Source of the DNA: Guillardia theta CCMP2712
Taxonomy: Eukaryota > Protista > Cryptophyta
DNA length: 64,000 bases
Assembly: GCF_000315625.1 (NCBI RefSeq)
Contig: NW_005434643.1
Location: 466,190-530,189 of the forward strand
Direction: 5' to 3'
Positions 24,401 through 33,653 of the stretch are shown in pieces. The notes beneath the pieces are model-generated. The model was not told where the DNA came from. It searched no databases and saw only the letters and a program-made list of their open reading frames with translations. The position numbers and the translations under genes were made by a program. Every line of letters starts with the position of its first letter. Position 1 is the first letter of the stretch.

Positions 24401-27112
24401 CAGAAAAACGGAGGTTGTACGGGGAGAGGAGGAGCACCGAGGAGGGACAGGGACAGGGACAAGGACAGGGAGAGGGAGGAGCAACAAGGAGGAAGAAGCT
24501 AGCAGGATGAAGACGGAGGAGGAGCAGGAGGAGAAGGGGGGGGAGGAGCGAGATCAACCAGTAGCCATCAGGTATCTTCTCTTGATCTGCTTCTGCTTCG
24601 AGAGCTTCTGCGAGAGGATCCCGGCAGCGGCGCTCACATGCCTGTCCGGCGACTGCTGGAGGAGACGACGGGAGATCCTCGAGCTGATGCCCTGGAGGCC
24701 CGAGACGATGGCGCGGAATGCGATGAGGTGGGAGGAGAGGAGAAGGCCGGAGGAGGGGAAGGCTTGCTTGCAAAGAGACTTGGTGAGATTGTCGAACAGG
24801 TTGCGGTTGTGGAGAGAGCAGTCGTAGTTGACGTAGATGTCCGAGAGAAAGCTCCTGCAGGGGAGAGCAGTGGGAGGAGGTGGAGGGAAGAAGGGGAGGA
24901 GCGGGGAAGGATGAAGGAAAGGAAGGAGGGGGGCAGGGAAGGAGGAAGAGGAGGAGGAGGAGAGAGAAGAGCAACAAATGAGGAACGTCAACGAGCGGCC
25001 ATGCAGAAAACAGAAGAGAGGCAACGAAGAGATGGAAAGAGATCACCGGGAAAAGGAGGAGAAGGAGGAGGAGTAGCAACATCATCACAAACGTCCTCAC
25101 CCGTGCAGGCAGAGGTCGCCGATAGCCTCCAACACAACCTCCTTGCACGCGTCCGACGTCATCCGGTCCTCGAGGATCGCCAGGATAAGTTTGGAGATCA
25201 TTACTTCTAGCTGCTGCCGCAGGCCGTCCCGAAGGTGAACGAACATGGAGTGGACGACGGTCATCACTGGAGGAGGATGAGACCCGGCAGGGGAGGAAGC
25301 ACACTGTCTCTCACCTTCCGCTAGGATGTGTGGCTCTACTGTTGGGTCCAGGGCTGTTCGCGCCAGCCCTGTGAGGACGTGCAGGCAAAGCACTGGGGGC
25401 AAGGAGAGTCAGATAGAGGAGCCGGGCTCAGATGTGAAGAGAAGAGAGGAGAGGAGAGGAGATCAGAGGAGAGGAGAGGGGAGGGGAGAGGAGACGAGAG
25501 GAGAGTGGAGTAGAGGGGAGGTGATAGATGTGATGACAAGGGCAGCAACTAGAAACTTAGCAGTGACTCGCTTGCCTGTTCGGATCAGCGAAGATTTCAA
25601 CAACCGGGAGCTTGAGAGGTGAATCCCTGGGATGAGAGAAAGAGAGGATGATGTCAGCGAAATGAATCGATCATTGACAAAGATGAAGTGAAGATTGACA
25701 TCGAGAGAGTAGATAGAGTGTGCGCAAGAGGGGAAGAGCCGAGAGAGAGAGAGGAAGCGGGAGGGGGAGGGGGAGAGAGCAAAGTTAGCAAGCTGAAGGG
25801 ATAGCAAGGTAGCAAGAGTCCAAGGTGTGTAGGATACAAAGAAATAATCGCAGCAAGTGGCACAACCAAAATTGAGAAGCGAGAGAGCCAGGCATCTCAG
25901 AGTGTCTGAGCGAGACTCCGAGGGCTCGATGAGCTCAGCTACGATGGCGATGACCTGCAGGAAAGCATGTGAAGAGGGAGAAGTGGAAAAAGATGGTGCA
26001 AAGAAAAGAAACACGACAACGAGTCGAGGACAGTGAATAAGGACAAACGTGTGAAGAAAGAGCAACAACAAAGGCGGGAAGAGGATGGAGAAAGGAGAAA
26101 GAGAGGTTGGGGGGAAGGGACAGGGAAGGAGCAATGTAGGATAGTAGAAAACAAGGCAGACAGTCTTCACCTTGGCAAGAAACTCCTCCTGCTTGTCTAT
26201 GCTCGGACTCACTTCGGACGTGCTACTTTCCTCCACGCAGAGCTCGCTGGCTTGACCGCCGCGATTGAAGTCGGGCTGAGGGATGGGAGCTGATTTGGCC
26301 CTGGACGGAGTGAGGAGCCAGGAGACCACCGAGGGAAGGGAGGAGAACTCCCTCTCCTCCGACATCTTGATGCTCGGGCTCGGACTGGCGAGCAGGCTCG
26401 TCCTCAGGATGTGCTGCTTGAACCTCCTGCATGTGATGGGGAGGGAGTCGAGGAAGCGGGGGAGGCGGGAGAAGAGGGCATGTACCATCCTGGAGAAGGC
26501 ATTCTCCGCCTGCCTCCTCAGCATCTCGGAGAACCTGAGCTCCATGCTCACCCGCAAGATAGTCTGAAGGGTCTCGAGGATGAGATCGGAGGAGCACTTC
26601 TCCGACAAGTCACTTTCCATGGCACACACCAGCACATGGAACATCTGGCTAATGACAACCTCGTCACCGCTCAGGTCACTCTGCTCGAACTGGCAGGCGA
26701 GCACCCCCTCGATCACTTGCTCCATCTGCCCTCCTGCCATGATGATCCCGTTGACTATGAACTTCTCGCATGCAGAAAGCGCCGCGCTCGTCATGGCGCC
26801 AGTGGTGTCGGGCGACATGATCACATCGATGAAGGGAGACAGGATCTTGGATATCTTGCTCACCCTCCAAGGAGAGATTCTGGAGCGGATCTCTATGAAC
26901 CCCTTCAGCAGCTCGTGCTCGCCCTTCACCCGCATGGACGCGTTGAACTTGCTGCTCTGCCGCATGATCGTCACCACTGCCAGCGCTTCCTTCCTGACAA
27001 GAAACCACTTGAATCCAGTGAGAATGGGGTCGCTTCCGTCCTCCTCCTGTCCGTCGATCTCCTGTGCGACGCTTCTTTGGGCATCTGCAGCCTTGCCGGC
27101 TTCGTCCTGCAT
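18414..27112 (-). CDS. GBF1: Large ARF-GEF of the GBF1/GNOM/Gea family, many exons; may extend further 5' to ~27.6 kb
   Basis: Sec7 motifs FLLPGESQKIDRITEAF and SIIMLNTDLHS...MTLEEFIRNNRGIN; DCB region PFIDVIMSPDTTGAMTSAALSA, CQFEQSDLSGDEVV, SEMLRRQAE; HUS box YVNYDC. Confidence 0.9.
21166..21265. other. Assembly gap (100 N)
   Basis: N run inside a (CCCT)n intronic repeat. Confidence 1.
23395..23712. repeat. Intronic microsatellites (GAT/GACAAT)n and (GAGGAGAG)n
   Basis: Directly visible. Confidence 0.9.
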
Positions 27113-28569
27113 GCTTCTATGTAGAGCTTTCGTTGGGTCGCGAAGGTAACCAAGTCCAGACAAGATCCTTAAAGCATCTTCCCGTCTCAGCCTGCAGGTC
27201 ACGGGGGTCAGAGCAAAATGATCAGGAACCATCCCAAGCTTGTTATCAACGATTCTTGCACGCGGATCGTATTCCCATCACTGCTGCAGCTATTCTGTTG
27301 CTGATGTCATGGTGGGCAAGGGGCTTCAAATCGGTCCTCGTATCAACTAACCTCCTCATATTCTCGAGCAACAAGAAGTATTTCTCCTCTTCCGACTTGT
27401 ACTGCTTTCCTTCTCTTCTTCTTGTCTAGCAGGCGATCCACATCCCACAAGGGATTGCTGCACCATATGGGGCGAACTGCTTCCGCATCGGACCCCCGTG
27501 AGCTGCTTCCCTTTTCCATTCCTCCCTTCCCTCGTCTCCACCTCCTCTACCTAGCCCATCGTCTCTCTGCGGACTCGGCATCACATCCTTGCCTGGCATC
27601 GCTCTCCTCCTCTCCTTCCTCCCCTCACCCTCGTCCCTCCCCTCCCTCCCTCCCCTCCTCCTCCCGAGTCCCAGCATGCTCCCATACTTGAGGAACAACA
27701 CTACCTACGCCTCCATCCCCCTCATCTGCTGTACCCTCATCCCCACTCAACCCTCCAATCCTCCAAGGCCGGGCGTCGGTCCACTACTGACAGCTTCAGC
27801 GCTGGCCCGCCGGATAGCTCACAAGCCGACAAAGGCAGCTATCTGATTGATATGCGGCGGGCTCGGTACATATAGAATTTGATAGAGAATCAGATCCGCC
27901 TCAGCCAGAGTCCTAGTTATTGAATTAGACACAAAAAGTTGCATGGAAGGGTGGGTGCTGTTGTGTCTCTGCAAGGGGTCCAACAGATGGGGTGTTGTCA
28001 TGCAGGGTGGGGTGCGTGTCTCTAGCCTAGATAATGAGGGTGGGGGGTAGACAGCATGTGATAGAAGTACGGGGTAGTTTTCCACAAATGAATCGTCAGT
28101 GAAGGGGTAGTACCGGAACGATACTGGTTTGCTGCGCAAAGAGTTTTTGATGGTGGGTACCCCGACAGAATTGATAAGAGAAGACTAAAATTTGGGTCGA
28201 GAAGAGGGGGTAGGGTACTGAATAATAAGCAGGGTGCGTTATCGCACGTGATGGGGTGTAGCATGGGATGAATATGGGTGGGGTAGTAAGAACCTTTGGT
28301 CAGTGAACCAAATCATGCAAAGTAACGGGGTCCTGGATTGAGATACTTTCCCTGGGGTGACATTCTAGGGACATGGACATATTTTCCTAGTACTAGACAT
28401 ATGGAAATGCATATGAGTAAGGGGGTAAATTTAGATGAATCTTCATTCATAAACCCGATATGGTTCTCAGCGCTGAGGGTGGGTAAGCCTTGGTACTGCT
28501 CTGATAAAGGGGGTAGAGGAACTTCAAAGCAAGGCAGGGGGTAGGTGGGTAGGTAGGGTGGAGAGAGCA

Positions 28570-29809
28570 ATGGCAGCGAGGAGAGATTTCGCGTTCGAGG
28601 AGGGGGGCAAGGGGGGCAGAGGAGGCGGAGGAGGATCAGATATACAACCAGGAACTCTTCCTGACTTCCAGGCGGTAAGTTTGCCTTGTCTGTCTTTCTC
28701 CTGCCTGCTCGCTCCTGGATGTTTGCTGTTGCTCTCTGTAGAACTCGTGAGAGTCTCTCGACCGCGTTGGGCGGTGAGCGAAAGGGAGTCAGATCGACTG
28801 TGACCTGGGATGAGAAAGACTTTGTTGGAGAGTGCAAGACTATCATTGAACCAGTGATGATGTGATGCTCTTGCTGGGGTGCTTGCTACCTCTAGCTCGC
28901 AAAGTCTGTTAATCCGATGTGTGGTCTCGTTTCGTTGTGTCGAAGAGTTTTGGCTGTATGAGCCAATACCACTGTATCTTGAATCTCACGATAAATGATT
29001 TTTCAGTTCGGTGAGATAGACCTCAAGAACATCTCTCCTGCCATTGGGGTTGTTAGCAATGAAGTCAAGTACAAACCTATGAGTCGTGGCAACGAATATC
29101 TTTTTGATGAGGAGGAGAGAGAGCGAAGCTTTGGAGAGCACTTGGTGTTCTATTGCGGATCATCATATATCACTGGTACGATCGATGATCGATTGATGAG
29201 CATCGCTAGCTCGGACAACCGTTCTGACTGTGTGTGCAGGTGTGGCAGCGGGCGTTGCGGTGGGGGTGGTTGAGGGCTTGCAGAAGGGACAGAACCTGCC
29301 GAACTCAAGGCTGAAATTGAACGCTGTGGTGAATGCCTGCTCGAAGCGAGCTCCTGTGTTCGGAAGCAACCTTGGCGTGCTAGCATTGATGTTCACCACT
29401 TCAGAGAGGATTACTAGGTGAGCCGAAGATTGGCCGTCAGCGTTCTAGTTGTACAAGTGCCTTGTGTGAGCATTGCTGTACAGGTATGTGAGAGACAGCG
29501 ACGACACGCTGAACCCCATCATTGGAGCGGCTTCTACGGGTGAAGCCTCCCCGTGCATTGCGCCGGCCCTCATTGCTGTTTCAGGTTTTATGTTCAAGTG
29601 CACTTCAGGAATGCGAGCTTGCCTAGGTTGGACATTAGCAGGAGGAATAGGCATGACGCTCATGTAAGACCATCCGAACTTGATCACAAGAGCTGACCAG
29701 TTCCCATGGCAGAACACTCACTGGGCAGGTCCACAACTTCCTCTATCGCAGCAGAATTGCAGACTTCGACGTGCGGTCGGTCATGAGCAGCTCGACTCAG
29801 TCCTCATAA
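28570..29809 (+). CDS. TIM23: Mitochondrial inner-membrane translocase Tim23 (Tim17/22/23 family), ~5 exons
   Basis: EYLF...RSFGEHLVFYCGSSYITG; RLKLNAVVNACSKRAPVFGSNLGVLAL; RDSDDTLNPIIGAASTG.MFKCTSG; intron 1 is 28675-29006. Confidence 0.88.
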
Positions 29810-31350
29810 TGTGCCGATCTTTTCGCTAGAGGTTGTACATGGGAGAGATTGAAAGAAAGTGTACTAACGCACGCTGTCCTAACGCTCGCTGACGGAAGAC
29901 CATTGTGGTCTTCATGCGGTGAAGGGGAGGCGATACCAGATCCTTCTCCCATGCGGTACCTGCACTCGCAACCATACGATTTTTGACCTTGATCAACCTT
30001 ATGGCGATCTTGAGCATAATAGGGAACTGTGTGTGTATTGTACAGCCAGAAAACAACTAGCAAATGCGCTATGCACTCAGTTCTGCTGGCAGCATCCGCG
30101 GTCCTCGAGCGAGGAGGGATTCTGTAATTGAAACCCTATTGGGATCATGTGGGTTCTGGAAGTAGAACGACGTGCTTGGCTCGCACCTCGGGCTCATGGA
30201 CACGGAAGGCCTTCCGCTGAAGCATACAGTAAGATGGTATGAACAGTCAGTCATAGTCGTTCACTCACCTGTGGAAGAACGAGAGAAGCGCCAGAGAAGG
30301 GAAGGTGTAGAGTACAATGCGCGCGATGAGCTGTACTATCCCTCTGACGATGCCTGAGTAGTTCTCACCGTGAGACAACGTAGGGAACGTAGAATCGAAA
30401 GGCAGGCAATTTCTGGGAACACGCAGGCTGTGATCCAGAGTGTCCAAGATTCCCACAGCGGTGGATAGGAGCATGACGATGCCGAGCTTGATGAGAGAGA
30501 TCCAAAACTTGCTCCCTGCCTTCTTCTTCGCCCTCTCTTTACCGAAGATGATGACTCCAAGCAACAGGATGCAGGCCATGACAGTGTAAGTCACGAGGAA
30601 TGCAGTCCACGATGGATCTGCACCGAGCATCTCAGTCTCTTAGCTTTTCTGTTTTCACGTACCTTGGCAGGAGAAAGCGTGAGGAAGGTCACCTGAGATA
30701 GAGGCGCCAAACAAGATTGCCACCCAAGTGCATGAGATCAGGAGCGGGACGCGCAAGCATTGCTGGACTTCCTCGATCTGAGCTTGGTCAGGAGACTGCA
30801 GCCTCAAGCGCAGAACCAGACGCAGGAAGAAGAATGTCACAATGACGAAACTGAGCAGCGACAAACTCAAACTGGTGTAGTTCAGGCTTGCATCGACCCT
30901 TTGTATCCAGCATTTCTCCAATGTCACCTTGCCCGGATACGTGCTGTTTTCAGGATTCACTGCATTTTGGCACTGTTGGCTCCAGTCTGTATGTTCTGGG
31001 AGCTCGGCATTGAAAATCCAGTACACGTCCAACAGGGCATCAACAACCTGGCTGATGTTGATTACGAATGTTAGGACGAGGAGCTGCATATAGGCTGATC
31101 CGCGATCCTTCCATGCTCGTCCTCTACGTACTACAGCAATGAAAGCACATACACAGACGATCAATGAGAGAATCGCAAAGGCAATTCTGCAAACGATCAA
31201 ACCGTCAAGGGAGATTCTACCAGACAACGAATTACAACCTGCAGGTGACTTCTGCGTCAAACTGGATGTTCATCGCTCCAAGGCCTACCATGACAACATA
31301 ACTCTGACCATTATGATGACCTGCAATGCATCAAGGTCAGAGGATCAAGA
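29797..31350 (-). CDS. Putative seven-transmembrane (GPCR-like) protein; start approximate
   Basis: Seven hydrophobic segments across ORFs 30655-31260 and 30265-30630, a Cys before TM3, and a polar spliced C-tail. Confidence 0.55.
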
Positions 31351-31989
31351 AGCCATCACACGTCGAGTTTGTGATCAACTGAACCGTCTCAAATGCAGCA
31401 CATGAGAAGGCCATGTTGGGCAGCAAAAGTAGCCGCATGCCGGGGTAGTGCATGAGGGAGGATGTGAGAGAACAAGCAGGAGAAACGATCTGTGAAGGCC
31501 AAGGGGGATGGGACGTTCATCTAGAGGAGGAGGAGGCAGCTACGACAACAGCTATTTCTCTCATAGCCTACATTACCGATCCAATCCCCCACCCCACTCC
31601 TGTACCTTCCTGTGACTCTACCCCTTCTTCTATGACCCTACCCAGTCTTGAATGCTCATAACTACCCGTTCGTACCCACCCTGAGCAACACCACCATCCA
31701 GAGCTCTCTATACCCCTACATCTCCTATGAAACCACCCCGTCATCAGCGCAATGTCACTCACCTGATCGCCGGGATGGCGATGCGACACAGGCCCGTTGA
31801 CGGCAGTGGCGACACTGCGGTTTGACTGACAGTGAGGAAACTTTCACCGTTGAACTCAGTGACTCAGTGCGGCGTACCCGGCGTCCGCCGTACAGCTGCC
31901 GCTCAACGTACAGCACCGTACTGAACTTCGAACTTCGGAAGAACCATAGCGTTGCCTTTCTCAATTGACCTTGGAGCTCTAAAACGTTT

Positions 31990-32073
31990 CGCGGTGAGGG
32001 TGGTAGATTCAAATCCACGCATACCACGCCTCATGTGGGGGCGGGGTGGGTCTTCCGACCGTGTTCCGAATTC
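31990..32073 (+). repeat. 84-bp direct repeat, left copy
   Basis: cgcggtgagggtggtagattc...gttccgaattc is identical to 39278-39361. Confidence 0.95.
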
Positions 32074-32331
32074 AAATCACGAAGAGCCAAGCAGAACTTT
32101 TTCAGGGGTAGGGCATAGCGTTGACATTTTGCTTTTTGTTCTTTAGGGTACATGGTTTACCGGCGGGGGTTGTTCCTTTGGTGTAGGCGTGTAGGGGGTG
32201 GCGTGGAGACCTGTTTCAAACGATTTCAAACTGGTTTCGAAATTAAAGTTTATAAGTCGATTCTTGTTTCGGCCAAAACTATTTTAGTTTGTACTTGGGG
32301 ATTGTTAAGTATAATCTGGGCAGCGACAGCC

Positions 32332-33507
32332 ATGGCGGACCGCTCGGAGCATCGAGCATCAACAAGAAATGCAGCGCAATTGGGTGTGGCGAAAAGAAGG
32401 AAGATGGAAGCGAATGAAAATGATGCAATTGAAGACGAAATATCATCACCCCGAGATTTTCTAGACCAGCTTAGAACTCCTTTGTTCTTTTCGTCGAATG
32501 CTTTCGTCCTGAATGAACCAGAGCATACCAACAAGTGTGCACGTTACCGGCTGAGCAGCCTGGATATTGATTTTGTACTTGAGCCTACGCTTGGAGTTGT
32601 ATTTCAAGATTTGCATGGTAAAACCAGGCATGGAATCATTCGGAAGTCTTCAGAGCATTCGGTATCTGTCTACATTTTGTACACCAAGGAAATGTTACAA
32701 GAAGTCGGCCAGAATGTGCGATTCAATGCACAAACATTAAGGATGATAGGATCTTTGGAGAAATCTGAGTGTTTCCAAAGTTTGTACACAGACGAGTTCC
32801 CTTTGAAAGATATCAACGGTGTTTTTAGAGTGAATTTTCAACAAGTCTCAATGAGAGGTTCAGCAGCCTCCGTAAGTTCGGGAAGTTCGTCGTTGCCACA
32901 ATGTCTTCTTTGTGTTGGCTACGTATACTTTGATATAAACTCTAGGAATGGTCGTGAAGAATGTCATTTATCCTTCTTTGGCAAGCTCAATGTCACTTTC
33001 GACATGCTAAAAATCTTCTTCCTGAATGTCAGAAGTCAAGTAGACCCTTTTCAGCTTGCACGAGATATACACAAGCTGAGGACAGAATTGGAACGGTGGT
33101 TCAAGACACGTGGAGAACCATTTCTAAAACCTCATATCAAACGTGTTGAAGTGGACGTCGAGCACGACGAAGTCACCTCATTGCTCTTGATTCTGAAGGC
33201 CGCACTGCAGGCAATACCTGACAGCGATTATTCAGGACTTACATGCTCAGGCTTGAAAAAAGGCGAGTGTTGTTGGACGGTGTGTGAATCAATCCTCAAG
33301 CAACCTTTCATTCAAGAACAGTTTCCTGTGCCATTCAAAGAAAATCCGTACCAGTTGGAGCCAGGATCTGGTTCGCTATACGTTGAAGGCCCTGTGCAGA
33401 TCTGCTTGAAGAGAAACAGCCGTTTCAAAACTGTTCGTCTTTGCATCAAATTCAGTCGACTCGTAAGACTTTGCATGTTTGGAAGTGAAAGTTGGAAGAT
33501 TCCATGA
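32332..33507 (+). CDS. Intronless 391-aa protein with NLS and BAH-like domain; partner of the transposase
   Basis: gccATGg start; AKRRK NLS; VSVYILYTKE...SECFQSLYTDEFPLKDINGVFRVNF...CVGYVYFD matches the BAH pattern E.F.S...D..P...I.G...V. Confidence 0.75.
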   Translation: MADRSEHRASTRNAAQLGVAKRRKMEANENDAIEDEISSPRDFLDQLRTPLFFSSNAFVLNEPEHTNKCARYRLSSLDIDFVLEPTLGVVFQDLHGKTRHGIIRKSSEHSVSVYILYTKEMLQEVGQNVRFNAQTLRMIGSLEKSECFQSLYTDEFPLKDINGVFRVNFQQVSMRGSAASVSSGSSSLPQCLLCVGYVYFDINSRNGREECHLSFFGKLNVTFDMLKIFFLNVRSQVDPFQLARDIHKLRTELERWFKTRGEPFLKPHIKRVEVDVEHDEVTSLLLILKAALQAIPDSDYSGLTCSGLKKGECCWTVCESILKQPFIQEQFPVPFKENPYQLEPGSGSLYVEGPVQICLKRNSRFKTVRLCIKFSRLVRLCMFGSESWKIP

Positions 33508-33653
33508 CGAGGAATAATTTGGAGGGGATCTCATATGTTGTTCAAGCATGAGGCAGCAGAAAATCGTACCAGGGTGCCTCGCAGACATTTGACTCGCATT
33601 TATTCGGATGAATAAAACACTACAAAATTCAGTCTGACGTGTACAAGTCATGG

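Noticed and set aside
28700-29000. U3, SRP RNA or TPP riboswitch in the TIM23 intron
   Set aside because: Only short partial word matches; the diagnostic motifs are absent
32332-33507. True RAG2 orthologue
   Set aside because: No kelch repeats or PHD Cys/His pattern seen; only the gene arrangement is similar
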